From a virus (Duplodnaviria > Caudoviricetes): a stretch of 41,426 nt of DNA. The first letter of the stretch is position 1; every line of letters begins with the position of its first letter. Position numbers and translations under genes: made by a program. Positions 20,145 to 28,614 of the stretch are shown here, piece after piece. The DNA lies in IMG/VR virus record IMGVR_UViG_3300033485_000041, positions 1 to 41,426 of that record; one strand, given 5' to 3'. The notes below the pieces were generated by a model that was not told the DNA's origin, made no database searches, and saw nothing but the letters and a program-made list of their open reading frames with translations.

Positions 20145-20813
20145 ATGACACGCAGCAACGATACCTCTAAGTTCAGCCTTCCGCTTATGGTGGTGTTGCT
20201 TGCGCTATCGGGCTGCAACACTCCGCAGTGGCGAGTCTTTCAGTCGAAGGTGCCTGCGCCTTTGGTAAAGTCGGAGGTGCAGGTTGAGGCGGAGCGGGCC
20301 GGGGCTGACTTGGTAGCGCGGACTGTAACAGCCCCGCCAGAGATCATCCCAGTCGCTCAGAAGCTATCTGAGAGCCTTGGTGCGCCGGAGTATCCCATCA
20401 TACAGGTCAACGCCGCGAAGGCTAGCAAAGAGGCGCTGAACGGCCTGCAAAGCGGCATCATACGTGCACAGGAATCGCGGGTTGAGCTAAACGAACAGCT
20501 TGCCAAGTTCGACGGCAAGAAGATCGAAGGAACGGGCGTAAACGTGTTCGGCTTCGCGGTATCGCTGCCAGTACTAGGCCTGATTGCGCTGGCGATCTTC
20601 TGTCCTGGCGTCTTTGGCTGGCTGTGGTGGTGTGCAAAGAAGGCCGGTAAACTGGCTGAGGGTGCTTTGACCGCAACCGTGTCGGCGGTGCAGGATTTCA
20701 AGGCTGAAAACCCAAATTCAAAATTGGCGATAAACCAGAAACTTGACGGGAAACAGGACGAAGCGCATAAGGCGCTAGTCCGTAAGATAAAACTCAAACT
20801 ACCATCGAAATGA
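20145..20813 (+). CDS. lipoprotein with second TM segment; putative unimolecular spanin
   Basis: Signal peptide with lipobox LSG-C, helical body, hydrophobic VFGFAV...WLWW segment. Confidence 0.55.
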   Translation: MTRSNDTSKFSLPLMVVLLALSGCNTPQWRVFQSKVPAPLVKSEVQVEAERAGADLVARTVTAPPEIIPVAQKLSESLGAPEYPIIQVNAAKASKEALNGLQSGIIRAQESRVELNEQLAKFDGKKIEGTGVNVFGFAVSLPVLGLIALAIFCPGVFGWLWWCAKKAGKLAEGALTATVSAVQDFKAENPNSKLAINQKLDGKQDEAHKALVRKIKLKLPSK

Positions 20814-21208
20814 CCTCACAACGCAACAGCCTAAACGGACGCACGAAATTTGCCCAGCCTGCCGTCGAGCCTGTTGCCCAAACGCCTATTACTGCGACAG
20901 GGGAAACTGAGATCAAGACAACGCCCAAGGTTATCGGCGCGCTTATCACGGTATGTGTTGCAGCCGCCATTATGTGGGTTACGCTCAGCCTGAACGTCTC
21001 GGCACATGGGGTCAGGATTGGACAGACTGAAGGCGACGTTGCAGAGATCAAGCGGGAGGCCATCAACTCAAATAGGCAGATCGAAAAGCTAGATGACCGC
21101 ACCGCCAAGCTTGAGGAATGGCGGAAGGAGATGGAGCAGCAACGGGCCGATATTAAGGCTATTCGGGCGATGCTTGAGCAGTCAGTTGCGAAGAAGAGCG
21201 CTCCTTAG
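20810..21208 (+). CDS. single-TM coiled-coil membrane protein; putative holin
   Basis: TM VIGALITVCVAAAIMWVTL then coiled coil; last late gene. Confidence 0.5.
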   Translation: MTSQRNSLNGRTKFAQPAVEPVAQTPITATGETEIKTTPKVIGALITVCVAAAIMWVTLSLNVSAHGVRIGQTEGDVAEIKREAINSNRQIEKLDDRTAKLEEWRKEMEQQRADIKAIRAMLEQSVAKKSAP

Positions 21209-21389
21209 TTTTGCGTTTTAGCCGACCTAACCCCATCATCGCGAAGCTAAATCCTTCGTCGATGCTGCGCTTCCATTCGTCAATGCTAATCCATTTGCCA
21301 TCTTCAACCAGTATTTTACCTCCTCGATCTGCGAATCCAGACAGTCTATTCAACTTAGCTGCTGAAGTAGCCGCGCCGGTTGTTCTCAT
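21159..21389 (-). CDS. hypothetical protein
   Basis: GAGG RBS upstream; converges on and overlaps end of late operon. Confidence 0.45.
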   Translation of the reverse strand: MRTTGAATSAAKLNRLSGFADRGGKILVEDGKWISIDEWKRSIDEGFSFAMMGLGRLKRKTKERSSSQLTAQASPE

Positions 21390-21413
21390 GGTGATTCCTC
21401 GTTGTGTTGATTG

Positions 21414-21737
21414 TTATTTGTGCTGAGCGTAAAAGCATTGGCCGATGGTGCCGAGAGTTGCCGTTGTCATGAGTTGCTGAGGCGTAAACTTGAGCACGCG
21501 CCATCCTAGTACTGCGGCGGCGTTAAATTTCTCCATTGAGGCGATTATTCCGCTACCGGTTGAGTGCCTACCTTTAGTCCACAGGGAGCCGTCTACCTCA
21601 AGCGCTATGCGATATTCTGGCCATGCGAAGTCGAATCTCCATTTGCGCTCTGGGTGAAACTTGAGTTCAGCGACCGGCCTAGGCAAGCCCATGGAAACGC
21701 AGAGCGGGGCAAACATCGGGTATCGTTGCTTGCTCAT
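21414..21737 (-). CDS. PD-(D/E)XK endonuclease (DUF559/Vsr-like)
   Basis: E..FHP.RKWRFDFAWP...ALEVDG, K.N.A...GWRV..F. Confidence 0.85.
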   Translation of the reverse strand: MSKQRYPMFAPLCVSMGLPRPVAELKFHPERKWRFDFAWPEYRIALEVDGSLWTKGRHSTGSGIIASMEKFNAAAVLGWRVLKFTPQQLMTTATLGTIGQCFYAQHK

Positions 21738-21997
21738 TTTGCATCATCCTCGTTCCAGAGCGGAACTCCTAGTACCATTGCAGCTTCTTCGATTGCCTCA
21801 TCTTCCGTATCCATACGAATGCAGTAATGCGGATTTCTATAACCTCCAATTACAGCCTGCCAACGCGGTTCGTCTGAACCCTCAAAATCGGTGCCAGTCC
21901 AATCATGCTGCACAACTCTAACGCCATGCTTCTTCATCCAAGCCAGTTTTGGCGAGTCCATGCGCACGTCGTCGAATGGGAATAGTTCGTCGCTCAT
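21734..21997 (-). CDS. hypothetical protein
   Basis: 87 aa, 4-nt overlaps on both sides, AAGGAGG upstream. Confidence 0.7.
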   Translation of the reverse strand: MSDELFPFDDVRMDSPKLAWMKKHGVRVVQHDWTGTDFEGSDEPRWQAVIGGYRNPHYCIRMDTEDEAIEEAAMVLGVPLWNEDDAK

Positions 21998-22398
21998 GGT
22001 GTAGCCTCCTTCTTATCGTGCTCCAAATCCTGCTTGATTATGGCCTCTATCGCACGAAGCGCTTTAAGAGAAATGAGATATTTGCTAGTGTACATATTAA
22101 AAATATCATTCCTAAGCCAATCAGTAATGATTTGCCGGTCGCGCTCGTCGAACCATTCCTGCTCGGTTTCATACAGGTGATTTCTAGCGCAGTAACCGCC
22201 CGCCTCCTCACGCCAAGTATCGAGGTGGAACTTCACCTCTCTTGGGTAACCATTGACTGCATTGCACTCGAAATACTTTCGGCCGACTTTGGTGACTTTG
22301 ACAGGCGTCAACACCTGCGGACAGTTACGGGCGGCGTTTCCGACGTTAAGGCTGTACAGTATTTGCCCAACTACGGGCTTTGGTTTTATGTTATTCAT
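21994..22398 (-). CDS. hypothetical beta-barrel-type phage protein
   Basis: V.KVGRKYF motif; GGAGG upstream. Confidence 0.7.
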   Translation of the reverse strand: MNNIKPKPVVGQILYSLNVGNAARNCPQVLTPVKVTKVGRKYFECNAVNGYPREVKFHLDTWREEAGGYCARNHLYETEQEWFDERDRQIITDWLRNDIFNMYTSKYLISLKALRAIEAIIKQDLEHDKKEATP

Positions 22399-22479
22399 AC
22401 GCCCTCCATATAGTGATGTTGCCCGATTTTGCTATTCAGTCTTTGCACGGCCTCGTCTAGTTGCGTGTTTTTCATGGCG

Positions 22480-22770
22480 TTAGAATCCCGCGAACTCAGG
22501 AAGGTTTTCATAAATTTCGCGGTGCATTTTCTTTTTGGTGATTACTAGCGGCTCGTCGTCTTCCGATTCGTTAGCTGCGTATATTTTAGCCGACTCTTCG
22601 CTATCAACGATACAGCCGCCATTTTCGCCTGGCAGACTTACGAGCCAAACGTCGATAAGAGATTCACCCACGTACTGGCAGTGTGGGTGGTGATTCGTCA
22701 TTGGCCCGCTACCATCGCGGCACCAAGTCATGCAGTTATCGGGACACGGCCAATTTGGTTTAATGCTCAT
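22480..22770 (-). CDS. hypothetical protein
   Basis: 96 aa, Cys/His N-terminus, LPEF.GF end. Confidence 0.7.
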   Translation of the reverse strand: MSIKPNWPCPDNCMTWCRDGSGPMTNHHPHCQYVGESLIDVWLVSLPGENGGCIVDSEESAKIYAANESEDDEPLVITKKKMHREIYENLPEFAGF

Positions 22771-23384
22771 GACATCTCTCCTTTCGCGTCGGCTTTCGGG
22801 GCGATGGCTTGCCCTATTCCATAATCTGCAATCTGTCCAAACTCGTCACGATTAATAGCACGTACAGCTGAAATGACAGTCTGTAGCCTAGCGATCTCGT
22901 CAGCCTGCTTTTCGATAGTTGCTGTCAATTCGGATACAAGTCCGCACGTACCATGACTGATTCCTTCGCTGACAGCTAGGGATCGTTCATCATCACATGA
23001 CGAACGAAGCGCGCGTTCAAGTTCCGCCGCCTCGGCCTCGGCGGCTTTGTGTCCTTCACGCTCTTCTGCGGCATCGTCTATCGCCTCCGCAATCAGCTTG
23101 TCCTTTGCGGCTAGTTCGTCGTCACGTTTCTGCGCTATCGCTTTCCATTGACATAGATCGGCCTTCAGATTTCTAATGGCTTCGCTCCTAATAAATGGCA
23201 GCCCATTAGCGTTCTTTAGATCGGCAAGTTCGCTTTGCGGCGCGGCTAGTTCGTCCGCGACGTGCGCCGTGATTAGCGCGGCGGCTTCGTTGATGTCCAG
23301 CTGTGGCACGTTGCGTTGATCGAGCACATACCAGTATGTTTCGCGTATCTTCGCGACGATCTGCTCTACTGTTTGTTTGTTCAT
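22767..23384 (-). CDS. hypothetical coiled-coil protein
   Basis: 205 aa, 4-nt overlaps on both sides. Confidence 0.65.
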   Translation of the reverse strand: MNKQTVEQIVAKIRETYWYVLDQRNVPQLDINEAAALITAHVADELAAPQSELADLKNANGLPFIRSEAIRNLKADLCQWKAIAQKRDDELAAKDKLIAEAIDDAAEEREGHKAAEAEAAELERALRSSCDDERSLAVSEGISHGTCGLVSELTATIEKQADEIARLQTVISAVRAINRDEFGQIADYGIGQAIAPKADAKGEMS

Positions 23385-24028
23385 TGAGTTGCCTTTATTT
23401 TGGCGATACGTTTTTTCGATGTTATAGCCTGCTCGATAGTCAGGCCCTTTGCGATTCGTTGCCTTACTGTTTTTCTCGATATCCCTATCTTTTTACACCA
23501 ATCTGTAAGGCATAATTTTTCTCCATTTATCGTTATCCAATTAACACGACGGCAATTTCTTCTCTGTTCTGCGCGGGTAGCCCACTTGCAGTTTACTGCG
23601 GTGTAATCTCCGTTGTTATCTATCCTTTCAAGAGTGTGTGCGTTGGTTGGTCGCATACCCATATCTTTAATGAAGTTTACAAATTTCATCCATTTGTCCG
23701 ATACCTTTATGCCACGACCGCCATAATTGCAGAAACTTTTATTGGTTGGTTTAGTGCATCGTTCTATCATTGCGCACCAGACTTTATATTCTTTACTCTT
23801 ACTAAGGCCATGCGTTTTCATCATGTCGGATAGCTGCTTTTTATGCAAGCAACCGCATGATCTAGTTGTTCCAGCTCTTAGAGAACATGTGGTAACTTTC
23901 TTCGTGTTACCGCAGTCACATTTACATATCCATGAGCTGGCATCTTTTTCGGCATCCCACACGTACTCAATACATATAATATTCCCGAATCTATAACCTA
24001 ACAAATTCAACTTATTGGGTGGGTTCAT
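23381..24028 (-). CDS. HNH-type homing endonuclease (CxCDCG family)
   Basis: W.CKCDCG, SCGC, W..M..RC, YGGRGI, RIDNNG.Y...NC.WAT..EQ..N. Confidence 0.9.
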   Translation of the reverse strand: MNPPNKLNLLGYRFGNIICIEYVWDAEKDASSWICKCDCGNTKKVTTCSLRAGTTRSCGCLHKKQLSDMMKTHGLSKSKEYKVWCAMIERCTKPTNKSFCNYGGRGIKVSDKWMKFVNFIKDMGMRPTNAHTLERIDNNGDYTAVNCKWATRAEQRRNCRRVNWITINGEKLCLTDWCKKIGISRKTVRQRIAKGLTIEQAITSKKRIAKIKATQ

Positions 24029-24648
24029 AATTTCAAAAGCGGGATCGCGCGTTCGTATTCTGCTTTGTATCCAACGACGAAAGCGGATAAAGCATCCTTT
24101 AGTTTCTCAGTGAAATCATCGGGCTTTACGATGACGTGAAGCGGCTTCATGCCTGGATAGTAACTCCAAAAATGCCATTCGCTCAAACCCGTTATGACCA
24201 GTCCGCCGTGAATCTGCGCAGTCACATCAGGCGGAAGAATACCGTCCATTACGTAATCGGTGTGAACCATCGGGCTTTTACACTTTATTTCTAGACCGGC
24301 TACGTAGCTACCGCATTCAGTGATAAGCGAGTCTGGCGAGCATCCGCAAATACCATCATCCGCCAAGCAGAATCCTACCTGTTCAAGAGTAAGTCCCGTG
24401 TGCTTGGCGAACGCTTCGCGCGCTTCCGGTTCAAGTGCTGTACCTGCATCCGTATATTTGTTGCCCTTCCACTGCTCGTAGGTTGGGCAGAATGTTTCAG
24501 CGATTAACTCACGCATGTATCCATTGGCTGATGACGATGGCTTTTCCTTTGGCGTTATAATCTCAGAAAACCGTGAGGCTGATGGCCTGCCCTTTCTCAG
24601 CATGAGCCATTCCGGTGTCCCTTGAATTATGTCTTTGTAGACTTTCAT
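24025..24648 (-). CDS. YqaJ/lambda-exonuclease-family recombination nuclease
   Basis: QGT.EW...R.G...AS, G..LEP.AR, SPD, LEIKC; adjacent to RecT. Confidence 0.93.
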   Translation of the reverse strand: MKVYKDIIQGTPEWLMLRKGRPSASRFSEIITPKEKPSSSANGYMRELIAETFCPTYEQWKGNKYTDAGTALEPEAREAFAKHTGLTLEQVGFCLADDGICGCSPDSLITECGSYVAGLEIKCKSPMVHTDYVMDGILPPDVTAQIHGGLVITGLSEWHFWSYYPGMKPLHVIVKPDDFTEKLKDALSAFVVGYKAEYERAIPLLKL

Positions 24649-25424
24649 TCTGTGGGTTCCCCTTCCTCAATCGAAACGGCTGGCGTAATCGGCGGTTGAG
24701 TGAATGGATTGATTGGTTCAGCGCGCGCGGCATCCGGCGTGATATTGATCGGCTCGTCATCCTTCTCGATCTTCTCGCGCAGTTCGGCTGACAGAGGTAG
24801 CCACTTGGAGCAACGACGGAATGCCGTTTTCTTGGCCATCTCGTTGTAATCAGTTACCCACGGGCCAGAGTTTGCGGCGCGCGAGCGTTTGCGGATAGCG
24901 TCAACGTCATCCTTCGAAAGAACTTCATCCTTTACGCTTCCGTCCTTCATGACGACATGCGCATAAGCGGCATACATCGCACAGCGAGGTTTCTTGAAGT
25001 CGATTTCGTGCTTTTCGATTTTGCCCATGTTGTAGGCGAAAACATCATTTTCGCAAACGACATCCGCGTGGATCGTGGAAATCTCACCCGAGCGAATGGC
25101 AAGCTCAACCAGACCCTTGTAGTCGATTACGAGCGTTGCTTTGTCGCCGTAGGGAATCAGATGGGCTCGGCGTCCATCTGGCTCCAAGCCAAGCGCAGAC
25201 AGGTCCATGAGACACTGTAGGAGGCTTTGCTGCGTGCATTCTGCCAGCTTTGGCGTGCGGTTGAGCGCAGTAAGCGCGACCCTGGCGAAGCGGTCTGGCG
25301 TGCAGTGTTTTGGAAGCGCAAGCGCAACCTGATCTTTGAAGCGGTCTGAGGAAATCAGATCGCGAATTGTCTTTGGCTTTGCCTCTTGAGCGGCTAGCGG
25401 CAGTTGTGGGTCGGTTGGGTTCAT
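24645..25424 (-). CDS. recT: RecT-family single-strand annealing recombinase
   Basis: P.L.EC...S, LGLEP, LIPY, I.YKGL..L..RSG, GPW.TD..EMAKKT..RR..K.LP.S. Confidence 0.95.
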   Translation of the reverse strand: MNPTDPQLPLAAQEAKPKTIRDLISSDRFKDQVALALPKHCTPDRFARVALTALNRTPKLAECTQQSLLQCLMDLSALGLEPDGRRAHLIPYGDKATLVIDYKGLVELAIRSGEISTIHADVVCENDVFAYNMGKIEKHEIDFKKPRCAMYAAYAHVVMKDGSVKDEVLSKDDVDAIRKRSRAANSGPWVTDYNEMAKKTAFRRCSKWLPLSAELREKIEKDDEPINITPDAARAEPINPFTQPPITPAVSIEEGEPTE

Positions 25425-25442
25425 AAGTAAAAACTCAGTCCG

Positions 25443-25724
25443 TTAAACGACAATCCCCGTTTCTGCTTCGTATGGTTGAAGCTCGATTTCTCCACTATAA
25501 AATAGCGGATCAAAGGCTTTGAATTTCGGGAATAGTGAGCCTTTGACTTGCTCGCGAACTTCGTGAGTTCGGGCGATAAGGTTATTGCACAATGTAGCGG
25601 TTTTACTTTTCGCTAGGATATTGCCGTCCTTTACTATGACACCAAGCTCATGGAAATCGTATGATATGAAGGCCGGTTTACCGTCTACGGTAACGCGGTA
25701 GTTTAGTTTCTGTTTTTTGCTCAT
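25443..25724 (-). CDS. hypothetical protein
   Basis: 93 aa, AACCT-ATG start. Confidence 0.7.
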   Translation of the reverse strand: MSKKQKLNYRVTVDGKPAFISYDFHELGVIVKDGNILAKSKTATLCNNLIARTHEVREQVKGSLFPKFKAFDPLFYSGEIELQPYEAETGIVV

Positions 25725-25771
25725 AGGTTAATTGTGCCTCAGATTACGCGCTGAGGCAACGCGCTTACTAC

Positions 25772-25978
25772 TTACGAGCTGAACGAACAGCCGGATACTA
25801 CTGTGTTATTCACCTGGAATGCTGAACTTAGCGCCTTCACTGCTTCGATCTTCACGCTGTCGCCTGCGCTGGTGTTGATGATTGCGATGATAGCCTTTTG
25901 CATTGCCTGCACTGTCATTGGAGTAGCGCCGCCAATTTGGAGGCCTACGGGGTTACTTTGTTTGGTTTTGTTTTTCAT
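25772..25978 (-). CDS. hypothetical protein
   Basis: 68 aa in co-oriented gene string. Confidence 0.65.
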   Translation of the reverse strand: MKNKTKQSNPVGLQIGGATPMTVQAMQKAIIAIINTSAGDSVKIEAVKALSSAFQVNNTVVSGCSFSS

Positions 25979-25988
25979 GGGATGAAAA

Positions 25989-26213
25989 TTACTGTGTTGG
26001 TTTATTCTTCGTTAAAACGGTTCCGTCGTTGGCTACAATGGCGTCATGATCGACGTAGTACGTGGTGTACTTGCCGTTTAGCAGTACTTCAACGCTAACT
26101 GGCTTTGTCTTGGCGTCCATTTCATCTCGCAGCCTATCTACGCGCTTTTCTATCTGGCGCACGATTAAGGCGAGCAGGACGATTGAGATCAGGAGTAGGA
26201 ATGATGTAATCAT
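25989..26213 (-). CDS. small membrane-anchored protein
   Basis: N-terminal hydrophobic segment. Confidence 0.65.
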   Translation of the reverse strand: MITSFLLLISIVLLALIVRQIEKRVDRLRDEMDAKTKPVSVEVLLNGKYTTYYVDHDAIVANDGTVLTKNKPTQ

Positions 26214-26229
26214 GGTGATTTTTGATTAA

Positions 26230-26493
26230 TTAACCGTCACCGGAACCGGAACCGTCACCGGAACCGTAACCGTCACCGTCACCGTAACCGTAACCATAAC
26301 CGTCACCGTAACCGTAACCGTAACCGTAACCGTAACCGTCACCGGAACCGTAACCGTAACCGTAACCGTCACCGGAACCGTAACCGTAACCGTAACCGTA
26401 ACCGTCACCGGAACCGTAACCGTAACCGTAACCGTCACCGGAACCGGAACCGTCACCGTAACCGTCACCATATTTAGTTTCTGTCGCACTCAT
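26230..26493 (-). CDS. Gly-X (GY/GD/GS) dipeptide-repeat protein
   Basis: ATGA-coupled to upstream ORF; every second residue is Gly. Confidence 0.7.
   Translation of the reverse strand: MSATETKYGDGYGDGSGSGDGYGYGYGSGDGYGYGYGYGSGDGYGYGYGSGDGYGYGYGYGYGDGYGYGYGDGDGYGSGDGSGSGDG
26233..26469 (-). repeat. hexamer array GGTTAC/GGTGAC/GGTTCC
   Basis: ~39 tandem 6-nt units; invariant GGT plus TAC/GAC/TCC (one TAT). Confidence 0.95.
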
Positions 26494-26828
26494 TTTTCAG
26501 TAGTAGAAAGGTTCACACCTGCGACTACAGGGATGATTTCGATTGCCTGCAAAAGCGTGATTTCCTGCACGGGTTTGCTGATTTTGCTGCGCTCGCGGTT
26601 CACTCCAAGACTGCTAACTTCATTCAGCGTAAGCGCGCCTTGCCAACTCCAAAGGCGTCGGGCGTTGCCTAATTTTATCTCTTGGCCAGCACGTTCGATA
26701 ATAGAGCCGATGTGAACGCCAGCACTGTACGTGCGGACAATAACCTCTGAGCCGAGTTTAACAGGCTGCTGCACAGAGTCAGCCCGGATATATTCTACGT
26801 CATCAATCTTTAGTGTATTTGGTTTCAT
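26490..26828 (-). CDS. DUF6948-like small beta protein
   Basis: VIVRT.SAGVH.G, L..ARRLW.W.GA.TL.E....G, IEIIP motifs. Confidence 0.75.
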   Translation of the reverse strand: MKPNTLKIDDVEYIRADSVQQPVKLGSEVIVRTYSAGVHIGSIIERAGQEIKLGNARRLWSWQGALTLNEVSSLGVNRERSKISKPVQEITLLQAIEIIPVVAGVNLSTTEK

Positions 26829-26834
26829 GCGAAA

Positions 26835-27089
26835 TTATTTGTTGCTTAGTAGTCTGTGAGCTTCGAGAATGTGAGCCATCTGCTGCATCGCCCATCCGGT
26901 CGGCCTGCGACCTGCGTACCAGCCGTTTACCGTGCGGACAGATGCGCCGGTCGCGCGAGCTAGTTCCTTGGCTGTAAAGCCGGTTTCTTGGCGGAATAGG
27001 CGCATACCGATTCCAGTAGGAAGCGGATTGCCGTCATCGTCTACGAAGATTGGTTTTTTAACCCCAGTGGTTAGAATTGTTAGTTTCAT
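26835..27089 (-). CDS. XRE-family HTH regulator
   Basis: R...G.T..ELA...G.S.RTV.GW..GR.P. Confidence 0.8.
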   Translation of the reverse strand: MKLTILTTGVKKPIFVDDDGNPLPTGIGMRLFRQETGFTAKELARATGASVRTVNGWYAGRRPTGWAMQQMAHILEAHRLLSNK

Positions 27090-27499
27090 TTCGTGTCGTT
27101 CCATAGGTTGAGCGTGCGCAGTAAGGCCTCGGCGCGCTGGGCTGCGTTGGCGTTCGATATAATTGCTATGTCTGCGGTGGAATAGTCTGGGCTATGTGGA
27201 TAGCTTCGTGCGCCTACCCTCTTCACAGAAACTAATAGATAATGAGTAAATGCATCTTCAAGATCATCCTTGTTGCGAATACACTTGTTCCATGCCTCGT
27301 GCATGGCGTTTAGGTCGTTTAGGTAGTCGGGTACTACGGCAATCGATTCAAATCCGGGGAACTCAACAGGATGAACCGGCGTAAGATGCGGATTATTTGC
27401 CCAAAACTGAGCATCGAACATCACGATCCGACCGTTGTAGGTTGCCCATCGCCACCCGCAGGCTTCGGCAATGGCGATTCGTTGTGCTTCAGGAGTCAT
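27086..27499 (-). CDS. conserved phage hypothetical protein
   Basis: AIAEACGW, PDY.NDLNAM..A, A.QRAEA.L motifs. Confidence 0.75.
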   Translation of the reverse strand: MTPEAQRIAIAEACGWRWATYNGRIVMFDAQFWANNPHLTPVHPVEFPGFESIAVVPDYLNDLNAMHEAWNKCIRNKDDLEDAFTHYLLVSVKRVGARSYPHSPDYSTADIAIISNANAAQRAEALLRTLNLWNDTK

Positions 27500-27626
27500 G
27501 GTTATTGTCTTCTAGGTTTTTGTTAAACGGAATGCTAACGAGCACGCCGACGATTAGGCCGATGCAGAACGTTAGCCACAGGCAGATGGCCAGGAATAGG
27601 GGTGAGATAGTTATTAGCGATAGCAT
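27489..27626 (-). CDS. 45-aa membrane peptide (below ORF-track cutoff)
   Basis: Translated by eye: MLSLITISPLFLAICLWLTFCIGLIVGVLVSIPFNKNLEDNNHDS; fills the gap. Confidence 0.6.
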   Translation of the reverse strand: MLSLITISPLFLAICLWLTFCIGLIVGVLVSIPFNKNLEDNNHDS

Positions 27627-27627
27627 G

Positions 27628-27876
27628 TTATGCGAAAATTTTGCACGCTGCAATTACCTGTTCTCGGTATTCCTCTTTCCAGTTCTTCGCGTTCGGGCTC
27701 ACGGCGATTTGGTTTCCATACATCATTGGGTCTTGGATGCGCACGATGTCACGCTCCACTAAATCAAGCAGAGGCCCGGCGCAATCAGGCATATCTGTGA
27801 TGGTTTTCGACGGATAGACTTGCTGAATGAAGCTAAGAGCGCGGCGGCGCTCGCACGTTGCGAATTCGATATTCAT
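27628..27876 (-). CDS. hypothetical protein
   Basis: 82 aa, co-oriented. Confidence 0.7.
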   Translation of the reverse strand: MNIEFATCERRRALSFIQQVYPSKTITDMPDCAGPLLDLVERDIVRIQDPMMYGNQIAVSPNAKNWKEEYREQVIAACKIFA

Positions 27877-27892
27877 ATTTTTAGTGTTTAAT

Positions 27893-28117
27893 TTAGTCGA
27901 GTGCCGCGTTTTGCAGCCACTCCATTTGGTATGCGGTTGGTGAGTGCTCTTCGCCTGTTTCGGCGTTTACGCACTCGTGAAGCTCTAGGCAAATCTGACC
28001 AGCGAACTGGCTAGCGTGGTTTACAGGGCAGCCGATTGCGTCGGCCATGCTCTCAGCTGAGAACGTAGCACGCAGACTGATGCCGTCGTCGTCAAAGTAT
28101 TGCTCGACGGTTATCAT
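27893..28117 (-). CDS. hypothetical acidic protein
   Basis: 74 aa, AGGAGG upstream, 4-nt overlap. Confidence 0.65.
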   Translation of the reverse strand: MITVEQYFDDDGISLRATFSAESMADAIGCPVNHASQFAGQICLELHECVNAETGEEHSPTAYQMEWLQNAALD

Positions 28118-28374
28118 TTACCCTCCTTTGCCTTTGCCGCGTTGTAGCGGGCGAACGCGTTTCGGGCCTCATCTACTTGCGTAATTGATATAAAATATGT
28201 GCCGTGCAAAACGGGCTCTAGGCATTTGGCCAGCTCGTCGGCTATCGCGTTAGTGTGCGCGTCGATAATACGGGCCCAGTCTTCAGTAGGAAGCCCCTTG
28301 GAGTCCTGCGCGGCTTGGATAGCTCCAGCCGTTGTTATAGCGCCTGGGCTCGGCTTGTTTTCGTCGGTTTTCAT
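28114..28374 (-). CDS. hypothetical protein
   Basis: 86 aa, AATCT-ATG start. Confidence 0.65.
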   Translation of the reverse strand: MKTDENKPSPGAITTAGAIQAAQDSKGLPTEDWARIIDAHTNAIADELAKCLEPVLHGTYFISITQVDEARNAFARYNAAKAKEGK

Positions 28375-28377
28375 AGA

Positions 28378-28614
28378 TTATTTTACTTCAGTCGTTTTCC
28401 ACACTGTTAACTTTTCGCTGTGCTTAGGCGTTACGCACTGGAGCCCAATTCCGGTTTGATTGAACAGCGGCTTTAGTAGGAACTCACGATGGCCTTCGTC
28501 GTCCCCGGTAAGGGCGCGGACCACTTTCCAAAGGCATCCGTTAACCTCCGGTGTAGTTATCGCCAGCATATCGCCCAAGTTAATCTCGCAGGCGCGTATT
28601 GTTTCGATTTTCAT
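28378..28614 (-). CDS. hypothetical protein
   Basis: 78 aa, ATGA overlap. Confidence 0.65.
   Translation of the reverse strand: MKIETIRACEINLGDMLAITTPEVNGCLWKVVRALTGDDEGHREFLLKPLFNQTGIGLQCVTPKHSEKLTVWKTTEVK

Noticed and set aside
26233-26469. Repeat tract as CRISPR array or telomere-like end
   Set aside because: 6-nt units without spacers, internal and in frame within an ORF; no cas genes.
26226-26489. Alternative-frame poly(VT) ORF
   Set aside because: By-product of the stop-free hexamer array; the Gly-X frame has the coupled ATG.
27533-27577. TGCTAAC...GTTAGCC as another attC-like site
   Set aside because: Only 45 bp, weak inner pairing, and inside a plausible membrane-peptide ORF.
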